A DNA stretch of 64,000 bases from a bacterium. GTDB taxonomy: Bacteria > Actinomycetota > Acidimicrobiia > Spongiisociales > ZC4RG35. Shown here in pieces: positions 27,655 to 37,402 of the stretch; position 1 is the stretch's first letter; each line of letters starts with the position of its first letter. Both the position numbers and the translations under genes were made by a program. The notes beneath the pieces are model-generated. The model saw only the letters and a program-made list of their open reading frames with translations, was not told the origin of the DNA and ran no database searches. The DNA lies in contig JAHEJW010000005.1 of NCBI GenBank assembly GCA_024638655.1, positions 30,155-94,154 of the forward strand. The letters are read 5' to 3'.

Positions 27655-28407
27655 ATGCGTATGCGCAAATTGCGCCTCATTGCGATCCTGGCGGCACTGT
27701 CGATGCTGGTTCTCCTCTTCGGAGCACCTTCGGCTGTGGCCAACCAGGAGCGCACCTACCAGGTGACCATCACCAACCTCACCGGCTCCGGCGGCGACCC
27801 GGGCGTACCCACGGACGGCCAACCCTTCACGCCGGCCCTCGTTGCCACCCACAAGGGCAGCGACGGCCTGTTCACGGTGGGCAAGACGGCGAGCTTCGGT
27901 CTCAAGGAGATCGCCGAGAACGGAAATCTCGGCCCGATGATCGATCGCGTCTCCAACGATGGGGACTTCGCCGACCTGGAAGTGCAGATGGGAGATATCG
28001 CACCACCCGTGCTTCCCGGAGAAACGGTGACCTTCGAAATCACCGCGGGGCCGCCCTTCAACTTCCTGTCATGGGCCTCGATGCTGATCTGCACCAACGA
28101 CGGGTTCACCGGTGCCGATTCGCTCAAGCTGCCCAACCGGTTGGGAGACTCGGCGCATGCGTACACCAACGCCTATGACGCCGGCACCGAAGTCAATACC
28201 GAGGACTTCGCCGACATCGTGCCCCCGTGCCCGGCGCTCACCGGTGTGATGACCGATGACATGGGAACCGGCACGAGTGATCCCACACTGGCCGAAGGTG
28301 GGGTGATCCACCACCACGCCGGTATCGCCGGAATCGACGATCTCGATCCTCTGATCCATGGCTGGACCGATCCTGTGGCCAAGATCACGGTCGAGCGCAC
28401 CGGCTGA
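27655..28407 (+). CDS. secreted spondin_N-like domain protein
   Basis: Signal peptide; YQVTITNLTG...QPFTPALVATH... pattern resembling Spondin_N domain proteins; 250 aa. Confidence 0.5.
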   Translation: MRMRKLRLIAILAALSMLVLLFGAPSAVANQERTYQVTITNLTGSGGDPGVPTDGQPFTPALVATHKGSDGLFTVGKTASFGLKEIAENGNLGPMIDRVSNDGDFADLEVQMGDIAPPVLPGETVTFEITAGPPFNFLSWASMLICTNDGFTGADSLKLPNRLGDSAHAYTNAYDAGTEVNTEDFADIVPPCPALTGVMTDDMGTGTSDPTLAEGGVIHHHAGIAGIDDLDPLIHGWTDPVAKITVERTG

Positions 28408-28422
28408 GCACGCGATCTACTG

Positions 28423-28451
28423 CTGGAGAGCCCGACATTCGGGCTCTCCAG
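28423..28451 (+). terminator. GC-rich hairpin (13-bp stem, 3-nt loop) after spondin_N gene, followed by second small hairpin and T-run
   Basis: ctggagagcccga-cat-tcgggctctccag, then ccgaa...ttcgg tgtccttt. Confidence 0.55.
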
Positions 28452-28533
28452 CCCGAACTGAGTTTCGGTGTCCTTTAACCCCCTAGACGCATCCTGGTGG
28501 TCAGATGAGAGCGACCACGGTCGGGATGAGCAG

Positions 28534-29235
28534 TTGAGACCGGCAATCACCGCGGGTAGGCGTGTGCTGGTTGTGGATGACGAGGACACGGTGAGGGAGG
28601 TCCTGTGTGCCTACCTGGACCGTGGCGGATTTGATGTCGCCGAGGCCTCCGACGGCCCGGGCGCCCTCCGAGCCGTCCGCGAACAGCGGCCCGACCTGGT
28701 TCTGCTCGACGTCATGCTCCCTGAGATCGACGGGCTCTCGGTTCTGACCGAGATACGCCAGGACAGCGCCGTCCCGGTGATCATGCTCACCGCACTCGCC
28801 GACGAGGGCGATCGCGTGCTGGGCCTCGAGCTGGGCGCCGACGACTATGTGGTCAAGCCTTTCTCGCCGCGCGAGGTGACGGCCAGGGTCAAGGCCGTCC
28901 TCAAACGCGCATCGGCACCGGATCGCCCCACCCTGCGGCTCGACTACGAGGGACTATCCATCGACAGCGCGAGCAGAGATGTGATGGTGATGGGCCGAGC
29001 CATCGAGCTGACCCCGAAGGAGTTCGACTTGCTCTCGTTCCTGGCAGCTTCTCCGAGGCAGGTGTTCAGCCGGGGCCAGCTCCTGGAGCAAGTCTGGGGA
29101 TCATCCCGCGAGTGGCAGGATCCTTCCACGGTCACGGTCCATGTCGGCAGGGTCCGCCAAAAGATCGAGGACAACCCCAACGCCCCGCGATGGCTCACCA
29201 CCGTCTGGGGAGTCGGATACAGGTTCGAGCCTTGA
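28534..29235 (+). CDS. OmpR/PhoB-family response regulator
   Basis: Receiver (RRVLVVDDED...D...K) + winged-helix output (WLTTVWGVGYRF). ORF-track GTG at 28468 lies inside the terminator hairpin, so start placed at TTG 28534 (alternative GTG 28564). Confidence 0.8.
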   Translation: MRPAITAGRRVLVVDDEDTVREVLCAYLDRGGFDVAEASDGPGALRAVREQRPDLVLLDVMLPEIDGLSVLTEIRQDSAVPVIMLTALADEGDRVLGLELGADDYVVKPFSPREVTARVKAVLKRASAPDRPTLRLDYEGLSIDSASRDVMVMGRAIELTPKEFDLLSFLAASPRQVFSRGQLLEQVWGSSREWQDPSTVTVHVGRVRQKIEDNPNAPRWLTTVWGVGYRFEP

Positions 29236-30572
29236 GACTCGCTGCCCTGCTGTCCGGAGCCGTGATCGCCGGGCTGGCTGCATTCGAGGTCATGATGCAG
29301 CCCTCGCCATCGGAGCGAATCGAACTTGGCGTCATTCTCGCCGGCATGGCCACATTAGCCCTGGTCACAGCACGTGTACTCCCCCGTCTCTCTCTCTATG
29401 TCCGGTCGATTCGTCGCACGATGGCACTGCTGGCCGTGGCGGGCTTCGCCATCGTCGTCTTGGGGACTCTGGCCGTCGCCAACAGGATGTTCCTGTCGGA
29501 GCACGACCTCAGGCTTTTGCTGGTGGTATTGGGCTTCGGGGTCCTCGCCACCATGGCCTTCGCGGTCACCGTGAGCCTCCCCCTCTCGGCCGACATCGAC
29601 CTTCTCTCCGAGCAGGCGTCCTTGGTCGCCAACGGAAGTCTCGACACTCGCCTCGAGCTCGAGAGGCGTGACGAGGTGGGCAGACTGTCCGGCGCCCTCA
29701 CAGCCATGATCCAGCAGCTAGATGCAGCCGAGTCGACCCGACGTGCCAATGAAGAGTCGAGACAGGTGTTCTTCTCCTCGATCGGGCACGACCTCCGGAC
29801 GCCTCTGGCATCGCTGCGTGCCTCGGTTGAGGCGATACAGGATGGCCTGATGGAGAGCCCAGCCGATTCGCTCGCCACCATGGAACGCGACATCGAGGCA
29901 ATGACCAGGCTGGTCGAAGACCTCAACCTCCTGGCACGTCTGGACGCTGGCGCATTGGAGCTCGAGAAGACCGAGATCGACGTCACCGAGATCGCCGACG
30001 AGGCGATCGATGTCTTCCGACCCCTAGCGCGTTCGCGGTCGGTGGCGCTGAGTTTGTTGGCCGTGGAGCGGATCAAGGCCACCGGTCATCCGGGTCATGT
30101 GGGGAGGGCCCTCAGGAATCTGATCGACAACGCTCTGCGCCACACACCGGCGCAAACCGAGGTGACCATCGAGGTGACCCGTTGCGACGGGGCCGCCGTG
30201 GTGTTGGTCACCGACGAGGGCCCCGGCTTCGATCCCGGCTTCGCACCATCTGCGTTCGAACGCTTCTCCCGCGCCGAGCCTTCCAGGGCCAGGGACGGCG
30301 GTGGCTCGGGTCTCGGGCTCGCCATCGTGAAGGGCCTCATCACGGGGCTCGATGGGCGCGTGTGGATCGATCCCGGGCCGGGTGGGAAAGTAGGTCTCGA
30401 GCTACCGGGCCCCACTGACGGACCCCGGCCGGCTCAGCTATCGAAGCGTTCCACCATTCTGAGCTCGAGGGGAGCCGATGGCGACAGAGAGTCCATCACG
30501 GCGAGCAGTTCCCTGACCGGCTCACTAGATGGCTTGCCCGACCGGATCGGGAGCAAACCTGATCTCGGGTAG
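29232..30572 (+). CDS. sensor histidine kinase (2 TM, HAMP, HisKA, HATPase_c)
   Basis: H-box SIGHDLRTPL, G-boxes GSGLGLAIV; TTG start overlapping RR stop (cTTGAg); alternative ATG at 29190. Confidence 0.8.
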   Translation: MRLAALLSGAVIAGLAAFEVMMQPSPSERIELGVILAGMATLALVTARVLPRLSLYVRSIRRTMALLAVAGFAIVVLGTLAVANRMFLSEHDLRLLLVVLGFGVLATMAFAVTVSLPLSADIDLLSEQASLVANGSLDTRLELERRDEVGRLSGALTAMIQQLDAAESTRRANEESRQVFFSSIGHDLRTPLASLRASVEAIQDGLMESPADSLATMERDIEAMTRLVEDLNLLARLDAGALELEKTEIDVTEIADEAIDVFRPLARSRSVALSLLAVERIKATGHPGHVGRALRNLIDNALRHTPAQTEVTIEVTRCDGAAVVLVTDEGPGFDPGFAPSAFERFSRAEPSRARDGGGSGLGLAIVKGLITGLDGRVWIDPGPGGKVGLELPGPTDGPRPAQLSKRSTILSSRGADGDRESITASSSLTGSLDGLPDRIGSKPDLG

Positions 30573-32200
30573 ACCTGGACGCTGACCGGTGATTGCGACT
30601 CGATGCCGGCCAGCTCCTTGGCGACCTCGATCGCACGGTCGAGTCCACCCAAATCGTCGACCAACCCCAGTTCGGCCGCACGCATCCCGGTCCAGACCCG
30701 ACCCTTGGCGACCTCCTCTACCTGGGCCTCGGTCATGGACCGACCTCGTGCAACACGTTCCTTGAATCCGGCGTAGATCACATCCAACGCCGTTTGGAGT
30801 CGAGCTCGTTCCGAGTCGCTGTACACGTCGGTCGGAGATGCGAAGCCTGCGTTCCGGCCGACCTTGAGCTCTTCCCAGTTGATCCCGATGCGCCGCCAGG
30901 CGTGTGAAGTCGCCAGCTTCCCGAACACGACGCCGATCGATCCGGTGACCGTCCCCGGCTGAGCCACGATCGAATTCGCCGATGCGGCGACGAAGTAGCC
31001 GCCGGACCCTGCCACGCTTCCCATCGAGACCACAACGGGTTTGCCCGACTCCCTCGCCCTTACCACCTCCCTATGGACAACCTCGGATCCGACCGCGGAT
31101 CCGCCGGGTGAATCGACCCGAAACACGATCGCTTGGACCTTTTTGTCATCACGCGCCTCACGGAACGCAGAAGCCACGTCATCTGCGCCGAACGACGACC
31201 CTCTGGTCAAAGGATCGAACCCGGAGCTGCCTCGGGCGATCGAGCCGGTCCCATAGATCAGGGCGATGCGCTTGCCCCTGCGGTTGGGGCGGCCGGCCCG
31301 CTTCAGGTATTGCCCGAGATACATGAAACCGCTGCCGTCGACCTTGGAACTCTCATAGGCATCATCACGGTGGGCGATGCGATCGATCAGACCTGCTTCG
31401 ACGCCCTCCTCGCCAAAGAGCGGGGCGCTGTCGACGATCGTCCTCACCTCCGACTCATCGAGACCGCGGTCCCGGGCAACACCGGCGACGATCTGGGACA
31501 TGTGGTCCTCGATGACGGCTGTGGTCGCCTCCTCGTGAGGTGGCAGGTAGTGGTCCTCGGTCAGGAGATACTTCATAGCCTTGTACTCGCTCCTGTGATC
31601 GAAGTCGGGCTCGACCTCGAGTTGGGAGAACATCCGTCCGAGGAATGGGGTGCGGGTCAGAACACCCTGGATCGACAGGCTTCCCATGGGCAGGAGGATG
31701 ATCTCCTCGAATGCCGCCGCCAGGTAGTAGTCGGCCATCGACAGGGCGTTCTCGCCGAAGCTCTCCGAATAGGCGACCGTGCGCTTTCCGGACTCGCGGA
31801 AGCGGGCAACAGCCTCCCGCAGCTCCTGGGCCTGGGCGACGCTCAGCCCTCCGTTGCCGACACGAGCAACCAGACCGGTCACCCTTCTGTCTCCAGACGC
31901 ACGCCTCAATGCGTCGGTGACATCACGCAGCACGACAGCGTTGCGCCGCAGCAAACGACCGGGCATGTCGGTAGGCGGCTTCTCGGTGACGCCCTTGTCG
32001 AGGTCGAGCTCCAGGACCGTCCCGTCGGGGATCCTCTTCGAGAGAAGCCTGCCGCCGAACAGCAACGCCAGTACGGCGCCGAATACGACGAGTGCTGCGA
32101 CAGGGTTGTCCAGGGCAGAGACCACCAGCGTGAGAACGATGAGCAACAGGATGAATCCACCTGTCGCCGTCAGGGTCTGCAGGACACGTCTGGTCCTCAT
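30434..32200 (-). CDS. sppA: signal peptide peptidase SppA (67K type, two S49 domains)
   Basis: 588 aa, N-terminal TM, duplicated S49 peptidase domains (Ser-Lys dyad region). Confidence 0.9.
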   Translation of the reverse strand: MRTRRVLQTLTATGGFILLLIVLTLVVSALDNPVAALVVFGAVLALLFGGRLLSKRIPDGTVLELDLDKGVTEKPPTDMPGRLLRRNAVVLRDVTDALRRASGDRRVTGLVARVGNGGLSVAQAQELREAVARFRESGKRTVAYSESFGENALSMADYYLAAAFEEIILLPMGSLSIQGVLTRTPFLGRMFSQLEVEPDFDHRSEYKAMKYLLTEDHYLPPHEEATTAVIEDHMSQIVAGVARDRGLDESEVRTIVDSAPLFGEEGVEAGLIDRIAHRDDAYESSKVDGSGFMYLGQYLKRAGRPNRRGKRIALIYGTGSIARGSSGFDPLTRGSSFGADDVASAFREARDDKKVQAIVFRVDSPGGSAVGSEVVHREVVRARESGKPVVVSMGSVAGSGGYFVAASANSIVAQPGTVTGSIGVVFGKLATSHAWRRIGINWEELKVGRNAGFASPTDVYSDSERARLQTALDVIYAGFKERVARGRSMTEAQVEEVAKGRVWTGMRAAELGLVDDLGGLDRAIEVAKELAGIESQSPVSVQVYPRSGLLPIRSGKPSSEPVRELLAVMDSLSPSAPLELRMVERFDS

Positions 32201-32246
32201 GAGCGCTCCTCGATCGATTGGGCGCTCGCACCTTAAGGCGTCGCTG

Positions 32247-33245
32247 TCAGCCTCTTCTGCTCAGGATTTGCTGCAGCCAGTTCCGATAGATCCCGAATCC
32301 GTCCTGGCGCCAGGTGTTCTCGAGACCATCACCGAACTCGTCCTCGGGGAAGTCGGGAATGGGGTCAGTGTCCGCCCGGTAGAGCGCCCGGGACCGGTAA
32401 TCCGCCACCAATTCGAGGGCGCGGTCGGTGAAGTAGTGCTCGGGAATATGCGGGTAGGTGCTCCGGCGACGCATGAGGAACCGCCATACCTCCCGCTTGT
32501 ACTCCTTGAGGATGCTGATTGAGTCGTACTCGGGATGACCCTGGAAAAAGACGAATTCGAAGTCGTCGTGCACCGCCATGTGCACTCCCGCCTCGGGGCT
32601 TTCGATCAGCACACGGGCACCGACCGATTCGATCTGCTCCCTGGACAGGTCGTAGTAGTGCGAATGTGGAGCCATGACCGGGTCATCCAGCCCGCTCAGC
32701 AGCGGGTGCTCGCCGACGATTCTGTGCTGGTAGAGGCCCCACATCTTCTGAGGCAGCCTGACTCGCTCCACTCCCCAGTAGAGCTTGAACACTGCGTGTG
32801 TCGCAAAACAGGAGCACAGCTTGGAGTGGACCGCTCGATCGGCCCAGCTGAACACATCGAAGAGACCGGGCCAGAAAGCTTCCCGTGTCATGTCGACATA
32901 CGAGGGATTGGCCCCGGTGACGACCAAGGCGTCGACCGGATGCTCTCGGATGCTGTCGAGTGACTCGTAATGCGCGGCAATGTGCTCCCGAGCGGCCGCA
33001 CCCCGGGCCTCCTCCCCCATGCTGAAGACATGGAACCAGATGTTTGCCCGGTCTCCGAACGAGCCCACCAACCGGGCGAACTGTCGGTCGGTTGCTCGCA
33101 GCGCCGTATCCGGCATCAGATTGAGGACCGCGACGTGAATGTCAGGCAGGTTGGACCCGTCAGCCTCTTCCGGGGTCACCATTTCGAGGCCCTCGTCCTT
33201 CAGACGTCTGAATGCGGGGAGACGGGTGTGCTCGACGAGAGGCAT
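32247..33245 (-). CDS. metA: homoserine O-acyltransferase (MetA family)
   Basis: MPLVEHTRLPAFRRLKDEG...HVAVLNLMP...SKLCSCFATHA; ORF-track Arg-rich 5' extension trimmed to ATG 33243-33245. Confidence 0.85.
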   Translation of the reverse strand: MPLVEHTRLPAFRRLKDEGLEMVTPEEADGSNLPDIHVAVLNLMPDTALRATDRQFARLVGSFGDRANIWFHVFSMGEEARGAAAREHIAAHYESLDSIREHPVDALVVTGANPSYVDMTREAFWPGLFDVFSWADRAVHSKLCSCFATHAVFKLYWGVERVRLPQKMWGLYQHRIVGEHPLLSGLDDPVMAPHSHYYDLSREQIESVGARVLIESPEAGVHMAVHDDFEFVFFQGHPEYDSISILKEYKREVWRFLMRRRSTYPHIPEHYFTDRALELVADYRSRALYRADTDPIPDFPEDEFGDGLENTWRQDGFGIYRNWLQQILSRRG

Positions 33246-33259
33246 GCTTCGCCGTCCGG

Positions 33260-34048
33260 TCAGACGATTTCGATGAGCTCGTCGAGAACCTGATCCGGTC
33301 GTTCGGCCAGGAGCGCGTGACCAGCCCCTTCGAAAACGACCGTACGAGTCTCGGGTAGGCCGGCGATGAGTTGCGTGGCACCCCGGATAGGCGTCATCAC
33401 GTCGCGCGATCCCATCAGCACGAGACTCGGCGCCGTGACAGACCCGGCAGCATCCAGACCGGCCGAATACGCATCGCAGGCGCTGAGGTCGGTCGCGATC
33501 GTCGTGGTGGGGCACCGCTCGAGCAGACGCAGGTATGACCCGGTCATCCAGATCCCGGGTGTCTCGTTGCCACCGAGCCAGGCGTGCCGGCTGTGACCCC
33601 AATAGGTGAGCATGTCGAGAGCGTCGTGACCGCCCGACATGGCGGCTCCCATCAGCTCCGGGCTGACCCGTAGAGGCACCGAGACCCCGACCATGACGAG
33701 AGATCGGACTCGTTGCGGATAGCGGGCCGCCGCGTCGAGCGCGACCAGGGACCCCATGCTGTGACCGACCAGAGCAGCCGTCTCGATGGACAACTCGTCG
33801 AAGACCTCGATCAGCCAATCTGCCATCGACTCGACTCTCTCGAGTGGAGGCCCTTCGGAGCCACCGTGCCCGGGAAGGTCGACGGCCACCACGTTGCGCC
33901 CATGTCTGGCGAAGTAGCGGGTGGGAAGCACCCAGACCGTGTGATCCTGGCCCACTCCGTGGACGAAGACGACGGTCGCGCGACCGGGATCGACCTCCCG
34001 GTTGCCAGCCGCCACGAACGCCCTTCGACCGGCGATTGTCAGCTCCAT
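33260..34048 (-). CDS. alpha/beta-hydrolase fold protein
   Basis: HGVGQ...GHSMGS nucleophile elbow; 262 aa; between metY and metA. Confidence 0.7.
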   Translation of the reverse strand: MELTIAGRRAFVAAGNREVDPGRATVVFVHGVGQDHTVWVLPTRYFARHGRNVVAVDLPGHGGSEGPPLERVESMADWLIEVFDELSIETAALVGHSMGSLVALDAAARYPQRVRSLVMVGVSVPLRVSPELMGAAMSGGHDALDMLTYWGHSRHAWLGGNETPGIWMTGSYLRLLERCPTTTIATDLSACDAYSAGLDAAGSVTAPSLVLMGSRDVMTPIRGATQLIAGLPETRTVVFEGAGHALLAERPDQVLDELIEIV

Positions 34049-34058
34049 GAGATGACCG

Positions 34059-35351
34059 TCATCTCTGCGAGGCTCGGAGCGCCCGATCGAGATCCTCGAC
34101 TATGTCGTTGGAGCTCTCCAGGCCGACCGATATCCGGACAAGGCCTTCGCCGATGCCAGCTGCTTCCAGGGCTGCCGAGTCCATGCGATGGTGTGTCGTG
34201 CTCGCCGGATGGATCACCAGGGTCTTTGCGTCGCCCACGTTGGCCAGATGAGACGCCAGCTCGACCCGTTCGATGAAGGTCTGGCCGGCGGGCCTGCCCC
34301 CCTTGACCCCGAAGCTGAAGATCGAGCCCGCTCCCCCGGGTAGGAGACGTTGAGCCAGTTCGTGATCGGGGTGGGATTCGAGACCGGGGTAGCGCACCCA
34401 CTCGACGGCATCGTGGCCCTCCAGGAACAAGGCGACCTTCTCTGCATTCTCGACATGGCGGGCCATGCGCATCGGAAGGGTCTCCACCCCCTGGAGGATC
34501 AGAAAAGCGGTGGTTGGGCTCATGGCGGCGCCGAAGTCGCGCGCTCCCTCCTTGCGAGCCCTGGTGATGTAGGCGGTGGGCCCGAACTCCTCGGAGAAGT
34601 CGAGGCCGTGGAATCCGTCGTAGGGCTCGGTCATGTTGGGGAACTTCCCGGAGGTCTCCCAGTCGAAGGTGCCGCCGTCGACGAGCAGACCGCCGATGAC
34701 GACCCCATGGCCGCTGAGGAACTTGGTGGCGGAGTGGACGATGATGTCCGCGCCGAGGCCGAAAGGCCTGCTCAGAACGGGTGTCGCGAACGTCGAGTCG
34801 ATCATCAGCGGGAGACCCGATTCATGGGCGATCTCGGTCACACGCGGGATATCCAAGACCTCGGCTCCGGGATTGCCGATGGTCTCACCGAACACCAGAC
34901 GCGTCTCGGGTCGTATCGCTTCGCGAAACCCGTCGATATCCCGGGGATGGACGAAGGTCGTCTCGATTCCGAAGCGGGGCAAGGTGTATGCCATCAGGTT
35001 GTGAGTGCCCCCGTAGATCGAGCTCGACGAGACGACGTGGGAGCCTTGATCCATGAGTGTTGCGATGCCGAGGAAGGTCGCCGCCTGGCCGCTTGCAGTG
35101 GCGATCGCACCGACGCCACCTTCGAGCGCCGAGATCCGCTCCTCGAGGACGGCGTTGGTCGGGTTGGTCAAGCGTGAGTAGACATGGCCCGTCCTCTCGA
35201 TGTTGAAGATGGCAGCAGCCTGATCGGCGCTCTCGAAGACATATGAGGCGGTCTGGTAGATCGGCGTGGCCCGCGCCCCGGTGGCCGGGTCGGGGTGTTG
35301 GCCGGCGTGTAGCGCCAGTGTCTCGAGGTCATACGGTTCGGGCTTGGCCAT
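34059..35351 (-). CDS. metY: O-acetyl/O-succinylhomoserine sulfhydrylase (PLP-dependent, Cys/Met metabolism family)
   Basis: 430 aa; PLP-lysine region ...HSATKFLSGHG...; ATG 35349-35351 preferred over ORF-track GTG 35354. Confidence 0.9.
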   Translation of the reverse strand: MAKPEPYDLETLALHAGQHPDPATGARATPIYQTASYVFESADQAAAIFNIERTGHVYSRLTNPTNAVLEERISALEGGVGAIATASGQAATFLGIATLMDQGSHVVSSSSIYGGTHNLMAYTLPRFGIETTFVHPRDIDGFREAIRPETRLVFGETIGNPGAEVLDIPRVTEIAHESGLPLMIDSTFATPVLSRPFGLGADIIVHSATKFLSGHGVVIGGLLVDGGTFDWETSGKFPNMTEPYDGFHGLDFSEEFGPTAYITRARKEGARDFGAAMSPTTAFLILQGVETLPMRMARHVENAEKVALFLEGHDAVEWVRYPGLESHPDHELAQRLLPGGAGSIFSFGVKGGRPAGQTFIERVELASHLANVGDAKTLVIHPASTTHHRMDSAALEAAGIGEGLVRISVGLESSNDIVEDLDRALRASQR

Positions 35352-35385
35352 CACCTCACGCTACATCTGCGAGCGTTCACGAGGC

Positions 35386-35414
35386 TTGACACCTAGCTTT
35401 TCTAGGTGTAGATA
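35386..35414 (+). promoter_or_regulatory. putative padR promoter: TTGACA (35386-35391) + 17 nt + TAGATA, with palindrome ACACCTAG-CTTTT-CTAGGTGT (35389-35409) in the spacer; ATG at 35423 implies a leaderless/short-leader transcript
   Basis: Consensus -35 hexamer; 8-bp inverted arms; candidate PadR autoregulatory operator. Confidence 0.4.
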
Positions 35415-35422
35415 TACGAGGT

Positions 35423-35761
35423 ATGAGAGGGCAGGCGCTGAAAGGGCATCTCGATCTCCTCTTGCTGGCGGTCGTCTCCGACGGCCCCAAGCACGGATAC
35501 GCCGTCATCGAGGAGTTGCGACTCCGCAGTGTTGACACGTTCGACCTTCCCGAGGGCACGGTCTACCCGGCGCTCCATCGTTTGGAGAAGGCGGGCTATC
35601 TGTCGAGCGATTGGAGCGAGGTGCAAGGACGGAGGAGGAGGACCTATACGCTGACCAGCCGTGGGGCCTCCGCACTCGGAGAGCAGCGCCAATCGTGGGC
35701 CGACTTCTCGGCCGCAGTCAATCACGTGCTGAATAGATCGCCATGGCCGACCACATCCTGA
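35423..35761 (+). CDS. PadR-family transcriptional regulator
   Basis: 112 aa; LLLAVVSDGPKHGYAVIEEL...GTVYPALHRLEKAGYL winged-helix PadR signature. Confidence 0.85.
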   Translation: MRGQALKGHLDLLLLAVVSDGPKHGYAVIEELRLRSVDTFDLPEGTVYPALHRLEKAGYLSSDWSEVQGRRRRTYTLTSRGASALGEQRQSWADFSAAVNHVLNRSPWPTTS

Positions 35762-36573
35762 TCGACAGGTATCTGGGCGAGCTCCGCAGGGAGACTCGCT
35801 GGCTCCGCGACGCGGAGGACATCGCCGAGGAAGTGGCGGACCATTTGCTCGAAGCGGTCGAGAAGCGAATCGACCGCGGACTCGATCGCATGACTGCACA
35901 GAAAAGCGCCCTTCGCGAGTTCGGAGATCCCGCCCTGGTCGGGCGTGCGTTCGCCTCCTCCCGGACAGGAGGAGCAGCAATGCCCACACAATTCACCAGG
36001 AGGGCTGGTTACGCCCTCATCGTTTCTGCGTTCCTATGGATCGCCGGAAATGCGATTCACTTCGCGTCATTCGTCGCCGACCAGACGAGGCCTTGGGAAG
36101 GCTTACCCCAGGCTCTATACATGATTGGAGCTCTTGTCCTGGTGGCGGCCGGTCTGCTCGGAGCTTCAGGCGTTCTGGGAGTCAATCGGCGCCATGGAGG
36201 TTCCCTTGGAATCAGGGGTCGGCTCGGCTTCTGGCTGTTCCTGGTGGCGGGCATCACCGTGTTCGCGACATGGTTCTGGGGTGTCTGGGCAACAGCCCTC
36301 GGCCTGGGCGCAGCTCTCATTGGCTGGGCCCTGATCGGCTCCGGGATTGCTCCTCGATCAGCTGGGATCTTCATCAGCAGCGGTGGGCTCCTGGCGGCCG
36401 TCGGTGTCTGGTCGTTGCAGCTCGTGAGATCGGAAGTCTCTTTCGACGACCCGCCGGCGATGCTGGTCCATTACGCAGGGATCCTCCTGTTCGTCATAGG
36501 GGAAGTCGTTCTCGGGAGATGGATGGCGAACGAAGAGGTCGTCGAAGAACCTGGGAAGATGGCAACTGTCTAG
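35743..36573 (+). CDS. PadR-associated membrane protein (N-terminal cytoplasmic helical domain + 6 TM)
   Basis: 276 aa; overlaps padR 3' end; architecture typical of PadR-partnered membrane proteins. Confidence 0.55.
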   Translation: MADHILIDRYLGELRRETRWLRDAEDIAEEVADHLLEAVEKRIDRGLDRMTAQKSALREFGDPALVGRAFASSRTGGAAMPTQFTRRAGYALIVSAFLWIAGNAIHFASFVADQTRPWEGLPQALYMIGALVLVAAGLLGASGVLGVNRRHGGSLGIRGRLGFWLFLVAGITVFATWFWGVWATALGLGAALIGWALIGSGIAPRSAGIFISSGGLLAAVGVWSLQLVRSEVSFDDPPAMLVHYAGILLFVIGEVVLGRWMANEEVVEEPGKMATV

Positions 36574-36597
36574 ACCTGCGCCTCGCCCTCAAAGGAC

Positions 36598-36622
36598 GGC
36601 CGGGCCCCTAAGGGGCCCGGCC
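36598..36622 (+). terminator. perfect GC hairpin GGCCGGGCCCC-taa-GGGGCCCGGCC (11-bp stem)
   Basis: 25 nt after stop at 36573; no T-tract, as common in high-GC actinobacteria. Confidence 0.55.
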
Positions 36623-36628
36623 ACGTCC

Positions 36629-37384
36629 GTGATCGACCTGCTCAGAGGTCTATCGATACTCGGTCTCGCCAGCGTGATCTCCGGAGTGCTCGTCGGCGGA
36701 GTAGGTGGGCGGGTCGTGATGTCGATCTCGGCGATGGTGGCTCAACCCGAAGCGATCGGGAGGCTCACCGAGAACGGGAACCGCATCGGTGAGTTCACCA
36801 TCGGTGGAACGCTCGTACTGATCGTCTTCGTAGGCCTACTGGGTGGCCTTGTCGCCAGCATCACGGTGGTCGCCAGTGAGCCTTTGGCTCGGAGAGCGGG
36901 CGTACTGGGTGGCCCGATCATCGGGGCCGCGGTCCTGGCCACGATCGGATCCGAGACCTTCGAGTCCTTTGATTTCCGAATCCTGGAGCCTGTCGCTCTG
37001 AACGTGGCGATGTTTCTCGGACTCGGCCTGCTCTTCGGCGTGGTTGTCGCCGTGACCGTCAGGCTCCTGGACCGGCGATTGGCCGCGCCGTCCGAACGAT
37101 CGCTGCCGCTATATCTGACCGTCGTGGCCCTGGGCTCACTGCCCCTGCTGACCAATGTGCTCTTCTTCACATCACGTGACTTCTGTGGCTGTCAGCCCTG
37201 GTCTCTGATGGGGCTTATGTTGTTGCTGACGACCGTCGCCGCCGTCGGCTGGCATCTGCTTTCGATTTTCGAGGCGCCGCGATGGCAGCGAATTCTGGTG
37301 GAGGCAACGGGCATAGGGGGCCTTCTTGGGATCTTGGTCCTGGGTCTCGGCCGGGTGATGGAGGACATCGGCCGAATCCTCTGA
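36629..37384 (+). CDS. hypothetical integral membrane protein
   Basis: 251 aa, ~7 TM helices, Gly/Leu/Val-rich. Confidence 0.5.
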   Translation: MIDLLRGLSILGLASVISGVLVGGVGGRVVMSISAMVAQPEAIGRLTENGNRIGEFTIGGTLVLIVFVGLLGGLVASITVVASEPLARRAGVLGGPIIGAAVLATIGSETFESFDFRILEPVALNVAMFLGLGLLFGVVVAVTVRLLDRRLAAPSERSLPLYLTVVALGSLPLLTNVLFFTSRDFCGCQPWSLMGLMLLLTTVAAVGWHLLSIFEAPRWQRILVEATGIGGLLGILVLGLGRVMEDIGRIL

Positions 37385-37402
37385 GCCCCCGAGGGTCGGA
37401 CC

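Noticed and set aside
32247-33818. 523-aa ORF suggesting MetA with a long Arg-rich N-terminal domain
   Set aside because: Only the C-terminal 332 aa are MetA-like. The upstream part is a compositionally biased ORF extension overlapping the alpha/beta-hydrolase gene on the same strand. ATG 33245 gives a canonical MetA N-terminus (MPLVEHTRLP...).
35355-35422. SAM riboswitch upstream of metY (common for met genes in actinobacteria)
   Set aside because: The intergenic region is only 68 nt and is occupied by divergent promoter elements; too short for S-box or SAM-IV structures. metA and the hydrolase are co-transcribed with metY with no leader of their own.
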